DNA from: the human T2T-CHM13v2.0 reference genome, Homo sapiens | Length of the DNA: 64,000 nucleotides | Assembly (NCBI RefSeq): GCF_009914755.1 | Contig: NC_060929.1 | Direction: 5' to 3' (one strand) | Shown here: positions 13,206 through 25,328 of the stretch, one piece after another | Numbering within the stretch: the first letter of the stretch is position 1 | How the letters are laid out: each line of letters starts with the position of its first letter | The notes under the pieces: model-generated | What the model saw: only the letters and a program-made list of their open reading frames with translations | Told to the model about the DNA's origin: nothing | Databases searched by the model: none | Program-made: the position numbers and the translations under genes

Positions 13206-13460
13206 GACCATCACCGCAACAACCAACAGAACAACCTCACTGCAAATATCAGTGTAAAATTCCTCAGTAAATTATTAACAGGGAGAATTAAGCAGTGCTT
13301 CAAATAACTAACGAGGTTCATGGATAAAAATATTCAATTATATGTATTTATTAACTAATCAATTAAATGTTAACTTTAATATAAATCATTGCAATTGATG
13401 TTAGTGTGGTATTTATGATTAAACAAAAATACTCTTAAAATGAACATATAAATATCTTCC
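12090..13460 (+). mobile_element. Highly degenerate L1M(E) fragments
   Basis: A-rich sense strand. Around 13115-13300, TTCTTTTTATAAAACCAACATAATTGTGATACCAGAACCTGTCAAGGAC matches the ORF2 'SFYEASITLIPKPDKD' region. Confidence 0.45.
13167..13202. repeat. (AC)18 microsatellite
   Basis: Perfect dinucleotide run. Confidence 0.97.
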
Positions 13461-14823
13461 AAAATATAAAAATGTATGGCCAAATGTGTAGGCAGATGCA
13501 TCTTGAAAGATAAGAGCTGTGTTCTATATTGAGCAATAGCTTCTAGTTATCCTTTAGCTAATTTGGCCATGGTCAGAGCCCAGAGAACTAGCAGCATGGA
13601 GGGTTCATGTTAGCCCTAGAGCAGACAAGAGCTTGAAATACAAAGTCAGAGTAAGTCCCATTTCAACAAATCAGAGCTCATGCCAGATCATCTCCAGGAA
13701 GTAGGCAAACTAAAGAGTGAAAGCAGAAAGATGTACAAAAGGGACCCCCAGGGGTTCCTGGCCTTGACCAATCCACAGCTATCAAGAAACCCTTGGGAGA
13801 GCCACGTGATAGGACACCCCAGGTAATGCTGAGGATCTTACAGCAGAAAAGAATCGTCCTGACTTCCTGCCAGGATCCTGGGAGGAAGCTGCTGGGGCGA
13901 CCCCGACATCCACAGGGGTCAGCTGTCACCCAAGGGCAATGGTGACGAGAACGTGTGGACAGAGAGTGCCTGGGGTCCTTCCCTCACAGGCATCATTGAG
14001 TGCTGCAGAGGGTCCCTCCTTCAGAGACGGAGAGAGAAGGTAATGACCACCACAGGAAGGCTATCAACACCAGGAAGGGAGCACCCACGTGCATCGGGCT
14101 GGTGGTGTGCCAGGCACGGTTGGAAATATTTTACATACAATAATTTACTTTTAATAGCAGGACTTTGAGCTGGTCTTATTTTTATTTTCATTTTACAGAC
14201 TCTCGCCTTCTATGTGCTCATGCACTGTGATAATGCATGCTTTTTGTCATTCCTCTTGGCCCATGGCCTCCTCAACATGCATTCTATGCATAACTTTATT
14301 GCCTGCTTTCTCTGAGTATTTTCGAGTTCAGCCTCTCAAAATAGATACACGTTGGCATATCTCCTCTTTGTTTGCCAGCCCAGATCATGGACATAGGCCA
14401 GCCCATGGTCTGGCAGCCCTTGGTTCGAATCTCTTCCAATCAACAAAGGAGACTGGAGCGTTAGTCTTGGAATAAAATGAGGCAGTCTAGGTCTTCTCCA
14501 TCAACAGGGCAGTGGGAAAAATGGTCACCCTGTCTGGCATGGCCTGTGCAGACTTTATTTTAAAGATGAGAAGGTAATACAGACAGGAGAAGCAATAGGT
14601 GAAAGGTCATCACTAACTCACAAACCTGGTTTCAGCATCTTGAAAAGTATAGAGTCGTTATCTGAACTAGATGTCTAAAACAGACGACCATTTTCCACGG
14701 TGACATTTTGACATCCCTTAACCCCTTTCTAGCTCATCTCTCCTTCTAGTAATAACAGTTTATGATTTATAACATTGTATCTTTATTTTTTAAATAAATC
14801 TGAAGTAGCAAAATAGGCTTCTA

Positions 14824-15213
<390 letters not shown>

Positions 15214-16467
15214 TTACACTCAGCTTTACTCCCTAAAAGAGAAAAGAGTGTTTTCATACACCTACCCCCACCTGCCACATCAAATACTGTCAGAAAATAC
15301 AGTCTGATTTTTACTCAACAGTTTGGAGAAAGAAAGAAATTTTAGTAACATAAAGGTTTCAGTCATGTTAAAAAATTTAATTTACAAATGATTTACCAAG
15401 TTTAGAAGGATGTTCTCTCTTCGACTATTTTAGTTACTTCTAGGAGACAGCTAATTTAAATTTATAAATTGACTTAAAAACAGTATTAGATAAGTTTATC
15501 TGTTTTCTAGATAGCTGTCAACTGGTCAATTCATATTCAGTAGTTGATCTAAGTGAGAAAATAACCAGCAAATAAAATCCCTTTATCGGATCCCAAGTAG
15601 GCTTTTAGATTAGCAACATTCTTGGAGATCTCCTTGTTAAGAACACTGTGAATACAATATAAAGTTCTACACAGGCAGTCTCTGAGATGATACATTCTCA
15701 TCTTGAGTATTTTAGGAAATTGAGACTGTCTTATATATAAGGAAACCAAAAAATATTTAAAGAAACTGTTTTCTAGATAACCCTTTATTCCCATTTATTT
15801 GAGAATACAGAGGGTCCATGTGATAGAAATTATACTCATAATTATTTAATCTCTTCTGGCATTTCCTTATGAGTTATTCAAATGAAATTATAAATGAATT
15901 AAATCAATTATGTGAAAGTAATAGCAATCACTCAAAATACTTTATCTCTGAATGAGAGTAAATTGTTTCAAAAAGCTTAGCCAATATCTTTGAAAAATGT
16001 TACACCTTGTTTCCTTCTAACAATCCAGGAAATTTCTATTTAAAGAATTGTTAAATGTAAAATTATTTCAAAAAGAGGACCCTGGAGATATTTTTTTAAG
16101 TTGAACACGTACTGTGTGTTTAATTTGTGTATATGTTAAGAGACATAATCCTTTATTTATTTTGGAAGAAACTGCAGACACACCTAATGCACACAGATGG
16201 AGCTCTAATTGATTTGTGCTTGTTCTCAATTTAAAACTTCTTTAAAAATCAACAGTAGCACATTCCAAAGTTTAGCTTGGAGTGCCCTCTGCTGTTCTTA
16301 AGACAGTAATACAAACACAGGTTAAATTTATTTTTCTATTTAAAAGAACAAATTGTTGATAGCCTTATAACTTTAACCATATAATCATGAATGTATGCTT
16401 TCTACAGGGTCCTTGGAAAAGTGATTGCTTAGTGAATTATAACATATCTAATTAAAAAGTCTTCCCA

Positions 16468-16568
16468 GATAGAAGATAGGTGGATGATGATGATAATCGA
16501 CAGATAGAAAGATAGATGATAGACAGTTAGATAGATGATAGATAGATGGATAGATACTGAGATAGATT
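16468..16568. repeat. Degenerate (GATA)n microsatellite
   Basis: Interrupted GATAGAT repeats. Confidence 0.8.
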
Positions 16569-16670
16569 TGTATTACAAAACCAGTAGATCCAAGCTTACA
16601 TCTCCAATTTTTGATATAAAGATAAATTTTCCAGTGTCTGATATTAAGCTGGATGTTGTAACTAATATAA

Positions 16671-17136
16671 TGTAGCACTGGATTTAATTGTGTCCCCTTA
16701 AAAATGCATATATTGAAGTTCTAACCCCCAGTACCTCAGAATGTGACCTTATTTTGAAGCAGGTTCGTTGCAGGTGTCATTACTTCAGATGAGATCATAC
16801 TGTAGTAGCATGGGCCCTAATCTGATATGTCTGGTGTCTTTACAAAAAGCGGATATTTAAACACAGAGACACACAGAGAAGCACATAGGGAGAACACCAT
16901 GGAAGGCCGAGGACTGAGGAGATGTGCCTACAAACCAAGGAACAGCAAGGATTGCCAGCGAACCCCAAGGAGAGGGGAGGGGCCCGGAGCAGATTCTCCC
17001 TCACAGCCTCAGAAGGAACCTGCTGCCATCTTGATTTTGGACTTCTGGCCTTTAGAACTGTGAGATAATACACTTCTGTTGTTCTAAACCACCAAATTTG
17101 TGATACTTGGCAATGCCAGCCCTGGGAAACTAATAC
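16671..17136 (+). mobile_element. MLT1C-like MaLR solo LTR
   Basis: GAAGTTCTAACCCCCAGTACCTCAGAATGTGACCTTATTT, CTTGATTTTGGACTTCTGGCCTTTAGAACTGTGAGA, and end GGAAACTAATAC. Confidence 0.85.
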
Positions 17137-17489
17137 CAATGCAAAGTTAGAAATGCAAAATTAGTGTTGCATTATGATTGAGAAAATTCGAAGCCCAGTG
17201 CAACAATCCCATGCGATGGTGCCAGGGGTGAGCCGGGAGCTCTGCAGCTGCTCTCTGCAGGGATGCTCTACAATCCTGCCGGGTCGGGCCCTCATCACCA
17301 CTAACCATGCAGGACGCTCAAAGACACAGGTGGGCTGGTTAGAAGGGGCTGATCTTGAATTGAAACGCAGATGTGGCTGATCACTGAAACCGCCTCTTCT
17401 GCAGGCCCATGATGATTCTACTAGCTCACGTGCAGGTACACATTCACATGCATGCATGCACACACATGCACAGACGTGCACACACACAC

Positions 17490-17651
17490 ATTGTGCATGT
17501 AACTATCAGCATTTTGGTCAAAACCATTCAACGTGTCTCTAGGAAGTTCCAAACTTTCCCACATTTTCTTGTCTTCTTCCAAGCCTTGCAAGCTGTTCCA
17601 ACCTCTGCCCATTACTCAGCTCCAAAGTCCCCCACTCTTCTGACAATTTTC
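17490..17651 (-). mobile_element. MST/THE1-type internal sequence, 5' end only
   Basis: Reverse strand GGCAGAGGTTGGAACAGCTTG...GAAAATGTGGGAAAGTTTGGAACTTCCTAGAGAC...TTTGACCAAAATGCTGATAG matches the start of the MaLR internal region. Confidence 0.85.
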
Positions 17652-18016
17652 TATATTAGTTCGTTCTCACACTGCTATAAAGAACTACCTGAGACTGGGT
17701 AATTTATGAAGAAAATAAGTTTAATTGACTCACAGTTCTGTGGGCTTAACAGGAAGCATGACTAGGAGACCTCAAAAACTTACAATCTTGGCAGAAGTCA
17801 AACAGAAAGCAAGCACCTTCTTTACATGGCAGCAGAAGAGAGAGAGTGAGGGGCAAGTGCCACACACTGTTAAACCATCAGATCTCATGGGAACTCTCTC
17901 ACTATCACAAGAACAGCAAGGGGGAAATCAACCCCCAAGATCCAATCACCTCCCACCAGGACCCTCCTCCAATTCGACATGAGATTTGAGCAGGGACACA
18001 CATTCAAACCATATCA
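17652..18016 (-). mobile_element. MSTA-like MaLR 5' LTR
   Basis: TATTAGTTCGTTCTCACACTGCTATAAAGAACTACCTGAGACTGGGTAATTTAT...AAACCATATCA. Confidence 0.88.
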
Positions 18017-18187
18017 GTATATATATTGCAGATACTAGGTTACGTGAGTGAGCATCTATGAAGAAAATTTCCTGACATGACACTGCAGCAAAAGCATGTG
18101 TACTTTTTAATTTTTGAAAGTTAATAACAAACAATCCTCCTGAAGGCTGTGATAATTTCTACTCACTTCAACCATACACGAGAGTGT

Positions 18188-19160
18188 CATCAAAAGCAAA
18201 AATTGACAAATAAGATCTATTAAAACTAAAAGATCTCCTGTATAGCAAAGGAAACTATTAATAAAGTAAACAGACAACCTACAGAATGGGAGAAAATTTT
18301 GGCAAACGATGCATCTGAAAAGGTCTAATATCCAGCATCTATAAGGAACTTAAACAAATTTACAGGAATAAAACAAACAGACCCATTAAAAAGTAGGCAA
18401 AGAACATGAACAGACACTTTACAAATGAATACAGACATGCAGCCAAAAAGCATATGAAAAAAAAATACTCGGTGTCACTGATTATTAGAGAAATGCAAAT
18501 CAAAACCACAATGAGATACCATCTCACAGAAGTCAGAATGGATATTATTAAAAAGTGAAAAAACAACAGATGCTGGTGAGGTTGTGGAGAAAAGGGAACA
18601 CTTATATACTGTTGATGGAAGTGTAAATTAGTTCAACCATTGTGAAAAGCAGTATGGCCATTTCTCAAAGAGCTAAAAGCAGAAATGCCTTTCAACTCAG
18701 CAATCCAATTATGGAGCATATATCCAGAGGAATAAAAATCATTCTACCATAATGACAAATAGACATGAATGTTCACTGCAGCACTCTTCACAATAGTAGA
18801 GACATGGAATCAACCTAAACGCCCATCAATGACAGAGAGAATAAAGGAAATGTGGTACATATATACCATGGAATACTACACAGCCATAAAAAAAAGAATG
18901 AGATTATGTCCTTTGCAGGAACATGGGTGGAGGTGGAGGACATTATCCAAAGCAAACTAACCCAGGAACAGAAACCAAATATTGCATGCTCTTACTTATA
19001 AGTGGGAGCTAAATGACGAGAACACATGGACACAAAGAAGAGAACAACAGACATTGGGGCTTCCTCGAGGGTGGCGGGTGGGAGAAGAGAAAAAAATAAC
19101 CACTGGGTACTAGGCTTAATACCTGAGTGACAAAATAATCTGTCACAAAACCCCTGTGAC
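18188..19160 (+). mobile_element. L1PA13-16-like 3' fragment (ORF2 end plus 3'UTR, no poly-A tail)
   Basis: Encodes 'RQPTEWEKI' and 'MFTAALFTIVETWNQPKRPS...MEYY'; 3'UTR GGGTACTAGGCTTAATACCTG. Confidence 0.9.
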
Positions 19161-19479
19161 TCTGACTTCTTGGCCAGGTTTATTCTCAGATCTGATTCCT
19201 GCCATGATCCCTCGTGAAACTGTGCTACTTTCAGAAGAATGTGGATTCTGCGTTTGTAATTATAACCCTGCTAGAATGATTACTTGATTAAGGTTGACTT
19301 TACTCCCAGCCTGTAAACTTGAGATCAGCTTATTCGTAGTTAAATGGTAGCACTGGCTTCCATGCTGTGCCTGCTGTCAGTAGGTACCCGGGTAATAGGG
19401 AGTAAACCAGCAAGTTCTATGTTCTGAAAATCCGCTCGAAAGCCCATGTTAGCTGGAAAGGTTTGGGGAAATAAATTAC

Positions 19480-20187
19480 TGTCTTAGTTCATTACGGTTG
19501 CCATAACGAAATACCAAAAACTGGGTGGTTTATAAACAACAAAATTCATTGCTCACAGTTCTGGAGTCTGCAAGTCTAAGATCCACGCAGGGGCAGATTC
19601 AGTGCCTGGTGGGGGCTTCCTGGTTCATAGATGCTGGTTGTCTTCTGTCTGCGCCATCACGTGGTGGAAAAAACAAGGGCGTTCTTTGTCTCTTAAATAA
19701 GAGAACGAATTTCATGTACCAGGGTTCCGCCCTCATGACCTTCCACGTACGAGGGTCCCGCCCTCATGACCTTCCGCGTACGAGGGTCCCGCCCGCATGA
19801 ACTTCCGCGTACGAGGGTCCCGCCCTCATGACCTTCCGCGTACGAGGGTCCCGCCCTCATGAACTTCCGCGTACGAGGGTTCCCGCCCTCATGGCCTTCC
19901 GCGTACCAGGGTCCCGCCCTCATGGCCTTCCGCGTACGAGGGTCAGGCCCTCATGACCTTCCGCGTACGAGGGTTACGCCCTCATGACCTTCCGCGTACG
20001 AGGGTTACGCCCTCATGACCTTCCGCGTACGAGGGTTACGCCCTCATGACCTTCCGCGTACGAGGGTTCTGCCCTCATGACCTTTTCACCTTCCGGAGGT
20101 CCTGCCTCCTAGCCCCATCACCTTGCGGGTGAGGATTTCAACAGATGAATATGGCGGTGGGGGGGTGTAAACATTCCGATCGCAGCA
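19480..20187 (-). mobile_element. MLT1A/MLT1A0-like MaLR LTR split by a VNTR
   Basis: TGTCTTAGTTC...CTGGGTGGTTTATAAACAAC...GCTCACAGTTCTGGAG on the left and CCATCACCTTGCGGGTGAGGATTTCAACAGATGAAT...AAACATTC on the right. Confidence 0.8.
19716..20084. repeat. CpG-rich minisatellite, 31-bp unit x12
   Basis: Unit GTACGAGGGTCCCGCCCTCATGACCTTCCGC; GTAC recurs at 19716, 19747, 19778 ... 20058. Confidence 0.97.
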
Positions 20188-20479
20188 GCCACCCACGTAT
20201 CACCTTGGTCTGGGGTGTAGCAGGCATTGCCAGGGCTCAGCCAAAGCCGGGCTCCAGCTGCTCGTGGAGATAACAAAGGCTTCTGTGGCCTCATCTACTT
20301 CATTGTGACGAGGTCGAGGCTGTAAGGGGCCAAGTGGATGATTTAGCTCAACAGCTAAATGATGTTCTGGGAGAAAGGGACTGAGGCTGCCGTGGACAGT
20401 GGTCATCTCGGGCTTCGAAGTATCTATTCCAGCTTCCTAAGGGCTCACCCTTGTCCTGGGGTGAAATGATCCTCCCACC

Positions 20480-20800
20480 ACGCCCACAGCCCACGGTGGA
20501 GGGGTCATTCCTGGCACCTCCTCCCGCAATTGGATTACAAGGGTTCCCAGGCCGAGTCCACTCCGCGGCTGCGTGAGAGGTGGGATGCGGGCAGAGCTCA
20601 GCCGCCCGCACCCGCTCTCCCAGGGCCCTTAGTGTTGAGCAGCAGTGGGAGAACCGTAAGGCTGGCTGGAGACGTAGGTGGAATCCTCCGTATAAGTCTC
20701 AGCTGTCCTCTTCAGTCAATTGTGTGCGCCTACTGCACCTTTCCCGGCGTGGCCGGTTCCCACCACCCCACCCCCTCCCGCCCCCGTCAGCCAGAGACCC
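20480..20800. promoter_or_regulatory. CpG/GC-rich promoter- or enhancer-like patch with GC-box and G4 motif
   Basis: Locally high CpG density (e.g. CCGCGGCTGCG, GCCGCCCGCACCCGC), ATTGG near 20529, and CCCCACCCCCTCCCGCCCCC at 20766-20785. Confidence 0.4.
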
Positions 20801-22086
20801 TTTTCCTTTAACTTCTTAGGTCAATGTGAAGTCAACGTCTAATGGACCCGAGTTCAGCCAAGAACACACACCAGTTGTTCCAGGGAAGAATCTCATGGTG
20901 AAGCACTAGTGAGCGTCCAAGCAACTCCCAGCCTAACCTCACCGGTCTGACTGTGGGGCTGCTTCTGCCACGGCTCCTGGCTGGCGATGGGGCTGTCAGC
21001 GTGTCAGCCAACCATGCATTGCAGATGCACTTTGAAGAAAATTAATGTACCTGGGTACTTATGGGACTCCCTGAATGAGTGGGTATAATTGAAATAGCCG
21101 GGACATCAAAAAGCTGGAACACTGGGAGCCTGGCCCTAGGGTGGCGGAGGCCACAACGGAGCCCCCAGCCGGTTGGAAAGAGGCTTCCTATGCTCTCCTT
21201 TCCATGCCACTGCGGAAGTGCTAGGGAACAGGAAGACCAGGGCATTGCCAAGTGAATAATAACAACCATGTGTGCGGCGTTCACGATACCCCAGGCTCAG
21301 TGAGCCTTTTACTCAGGGTCTCATGTGATGCTGAAAACAATCCCATGAAGTTTAGAAGCCTGTGCACACGAAGAGACGTGGTGTTTCCCTATTGATCCAA
21401 ACTGCATGCTGACCTGTTCCTGCCAGGGCTGCGCTCCTCCTGCTTTGCCCTGGCTCTCCCGTTCTGCACTCCCTCTTCTACCGGGAATTCCTGGAAGCAC
21501 CTTTTATTCACAGTGCCTGCTTTGAATAGATACAAATACAATTTGTATCTTATGTAGTCCATTCCACACAATTGAAAATATAATGTAATAAAAATCAGAA
21601 AAGTAAATCCAGGAAAGTCTCTAACACATATTAGGGCCTCAATAAATGGACCCTAAGAGGGTGGGGAAATGGCTTTGGTTTTTAACTGTGCTTCTTTTGA
21701 GCTTGATGCTGTTAACTTAGTACAATCTATCAATAAATATCGTCATCAAGAAAATATTAAAGGTGTACCTGAGTCACAGGGGAGGAGGTGCAGGGCTTCT
21801 GAGAAAATGTCCTTCAGTCACCAGCCGGTGAACAATGGGACTCGTTATTGTCCCCTCACCCTGCATACCACCAGGGGGCACTGATGAGCTGAGAAAGACT
21901 CTGTGGTCCAAAAACGGTACCAAATGAAAAGGCCACTTCCCAGCCTCTGTAATAAAAGGCGAAAAGCAGTCAGGGAATTTAGTCAAGACCTTATTCAGAT
22001 GGCGGGAGGAGAGGGGGCGGAGCAGCCAGTGTTGAAAAGGGTTTTATCCAAACCAGTTTAATATCTTTAAAAAAAATTGTTGGGCA

Positions 22087-22131
22087 TTTTTTTTTTTTTT
22101 TTGAGACGGAGTTTCACTCTTGTTGGCCAGG
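22087..22131 (-). mobile_element. Very short Alu 3' stub (AluSp/Sq-type end)
   Basis: T16 followed by GAGACGGAGTTTCACTCTTGTTGGCCAGG. Confidence 0.85.
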
Positions 22132-22169
22132 ATAGCAATTTTTACTTCTGATAATTTTCTCCTCACTAC

Positions 22170-22521
22170 TGTCAAATCAAGTTTAGCTTAAAGCTGCCTT
22201 CTTACATATTTTCAATTTCGCCTAAAGGTTTTTTGGTACATTAGAAACTATAACTGTGTAAACAGACTGTAGCCCATACACTGAATTTGGCCAATCAAAT
22301 GTAGCCAACTCTTTGAACCTTGTTCTAATAAGGCCAACACCAAGTTGCAACCAATCTAGCTGTTTCTATACTTCGATTCCCTTTTCTGTCCATAAATCTT
22401 CCACCACACGGCTGCACTGGAGTCTCTGAGCCAACCCTGACTCAAAATGCTGCCTGATTCATGAATTGTTCCTTATTCAAACACCTTTAAATTTAATTTG
22501 GCTGAAGTTTTTCTTTTATCA
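22170..22521 (+). mobile_element. MER57-family ERV1 solo LTR
   Basis: TG...CA termini, AAGTTTAGCTTAAAGCTGCCTTCTTACATATTTT start, CCAAT boxes, AAATTTAATTTGGCTGAAGTTTTTCTTTTATCA end, and a perfect 4-bp TSD CTAC. Confidence 0.88.
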
Positions 22522-24001
22522 CTACTTTTTAAAAATCTCCAAATGGGTTATTCTCTTTTATCCCCTAATCAGATTTGATTCTCTTTTGTTCTCTAATTAG
22601 ATTTATTTAGATTCCCTAATAAGATTTTATTGGAAAAAAAAAAAAAAACCTTTTTAATCATCTTTTTTGGACCAGGATGTACAGGGTTGCATCCACAGAT
22701 GTGTAGTTGGTTTTCCCAGTGCAAATTCATAAGTGCTGGGCAAAATGGCCTCGTGTAGGGCTCAGAACTCCGGCCCTGTGAGCACCATTGTTCTAGAAAG
22801 ATCTGTGTTCTAGGAAGAACACTTAACCATTTCTAGAACGTTTCTTCTAGAAAGAACAAAGAACCATTGTTCTGTGGTTCTAGAAAGGTGCTTCCACAAA
22901 TCCCCAACCAGTGGGTGAAGCACAGAAAGGCAGAACAAGAGAAAAGCAGGAAGAGCAAGGCTGGTGAGAGCCACAGCAGGAGTGGGTCAGAATATAGCCT
23001 GCAGGGTCAGTACCCTGGAGGAGACGCAGGTCTGGGAAGAAGCGGCTCTCCCCAAATCCTCAGCCTTCACTGACCGCCTCTCTCCTGACAACTAGGACGA
23101 TGCAATTTAACTCCTTGTTATTTACTGCTGAGTTATCTAACATAATTGTCGGGACTGGTCTAGACTTCCAGAGCCCCCTAACTCACATGAGGCATGAGAA
23201 CCCAGCAATCTGTGCACTTAATGTGTCCGACACTGCATTCGGGCTCTGAAACCCTCATGGACCTGGGTCTCCCCGGTTGCTTGGAGGGCCCTGCATTCTG
23301 CCTCAGGGCATTTTGTGCCAGCCCTGTCCTGCTAAATACTAGACAGACTGCCTGGACACATAGGATGGGGGTTCTCCTGAGCTTCAGGACAGATGCAGGG
23401 AAGTGCTGTGCCTCCTTACCAAGAAATGGGTGCGTGCTTGGCAGGACTGGGTCTAAGGCTTGCCTTTCTTGTGCCACTCTTGTGCCACTCTTCCTGGGAG
23501 CAAGTTCATGTGGAAAAATCTCCGACCCACCTAGAGTAACCAACGGGCACACCAGTGTGAACAATACAGCGTCTGGCAAAAGAGAAGCCACGTGCAGGGA
23601 AGCGATGTGTGCCTTTGTGCCTTGGGGTCTCCATCTGAAGCTTCGTTTAGTGGCTGAACATTGAAGCAGTGGAGGATCCACCAACTCATGTGCAAAGTCA
23701 GCTACTCCATGAAAGCCCTCAGGACCATGGAGGCCAGGATGCCGGGGACTGTCTCTGCCAAAGCTCCCTGTGGGCCAGGCTGCATCTTCCTGCAGTGGAC
23801 ACTGGCCCACAGCTTCTCCTTCACTCCAGTGGAGTCAGGGAGGGAGCCCACTGTGACTTGTCCCCACCTAGATTGTTAGCACTGGTATCCTGGCCTTCAA
23901 TAGCAGCACCCATCTCCCTCTCTGGAGAGGACAGACACCAAAGGATGCTGAACAAAGCACAGGACCTGCGCGGAGAGGACCACGTTTAAACCTAAAGGCA
24001 C

Positions 24002-24380
24002 TGATATGGTTTGGCTCTGTGTTCCCAGCCAAATCTTATACTGAATTGTGATCTCCATAATCCCCACCTGTCAAGGGTGGGACCAGGTGGGAGGTGATTG
24101 AATCATGGGGGTGGTGTACCCCATGCTGTTCTTATGATAGTGAGTGACTTCTCACGAGATGTGATGGCTTTATAAGGCAGTTTTCTCTGCTCTTCCTCGC
24201 TCTCTCTTTCTTGCTGCCATGTGAACGAGGTCTTTGCTTCCCCTTCACCTTCTGCCATAATTGTAAGTTTCCTGAGGCCTCTCCAGCCATGCGGAACCAT
24301 GAGTCAATTAACCCTCTTTTCTTTATAAATTACACAGTCTCAGGCAGCTTTTTATAGCAGTGTGAGAACTAACTGATACA
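24002..24380 (+). mobile_element. THE1D/MSTA-like MaLR solo LTR
   Basis: TGATATGGTTTGGCTCTGTG start, TTGTAAGTTTCCTGAGGCCTC, and ACTGATACA end. Confidence 0.9.
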
Positions 24381-24479
24381 TGTACTTCTGGGTACCAAGA
24401 GATGCCAGCTACAAATACTATACCATAAATTTAATTCTATATGAAATGCTTAATAGGAATTGGCTTTTAAAAGAATTAT

Positions 24480-24980
24480 ATGATGCAGATAAACTCAAAT
24501 TGAAAAATAGTCTACAAATTCTGGCACTCTTCAAAAACACCAATATGGTGAAAAATAAACAATGGCTAGAGAACATTACAGAATAAAGGAGACTAAAGAA
24601 CATGGCAACTCAATGCCATGTGTGAAAAAAATTACCATAAAGATGCCATAAAACTCGAATATAGATTGTGTATTAGATATTAGCTTTGTATTGATGTTGA
24701 ATTTTCTGAGACTAATAAAGGCACTTAGGTAATTTGAGAGAATACTCTCTTTTTCGTGAGATACATGCTAAAGATCAAAGGAGTGAAAGATTATGACACC
24801 TGTGATTTACTCTCAAATAGTTCTTCCAATCAGCAAAACAACTACATGTGAGTATAACTGTGTATTCACAGGTGGGGAGGGTGATGGTTCAAATGCAGCG
24901 ACATTTTTAAAAGAATATCATGTGGACAATGTGTTTCAATCCTTCGGCAAAATTCAGTAGATTTGGATTTCCAAATCGCG
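24480..24980 (+). mobile_element. Old L1M (MC/ME) 3'UTR fragment
   Basis: AAAGGAGACTAAAGAACATGGCAACTCAATGC and GATTTACTCTCAAATAGTTC motifs. Confidence 0.5.
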
Positions 24981-25328
24981 AGTGTCCTGGCATAGGAGAG
25001 AAATGAGAGGAGACCAACGAGGGCAAAAGGCGACAATATAGCAGAGAAGACAATTCTGAATTTTTCTTAAGTGAAAATGGAATTAAAGAGCTTTAAAAAA
25101 AAATAAAGTGCAAATGGAACAGACCTGATGATAAATTTCTAAATTTTAAAGTTTTAGTTAGCTTGATTTTTCATCTAAAACAACTCATGAATTTGGCAAA
25201 TTTTGAACAGAATTCCCAAAGCCCAGAATGAAGCTGTAGGGTCCCAGCCGTGTCTTGCTAGTCATCTCTCACTTTTGCTACTAGCGAAGAAGAAGGTGGA
25301 GAAGCTTTCACAGGAAGGAAGGGAAGCT

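Noticed and set aside
19693-20084. 31-bp array as a CRISPR array or coding repeat
   Set aside because: Pure tandem VNTR inside an LTR; no spacers, and the unit length is not a multiple of 3.
23178-23810. 210-aa and overlapping 156-aa ORFs
   Set aside because: No recognisable domain, overlapping frames on both strands, and composition typical of GC-rich noncoding DNA.
24270-24295. PRDM9 13-mer hotspot motif in the THE1-type LTR
   Set aside because: Reads CCTCTCCAGCCAT, which does not match CCNCCNTNNCCNC.
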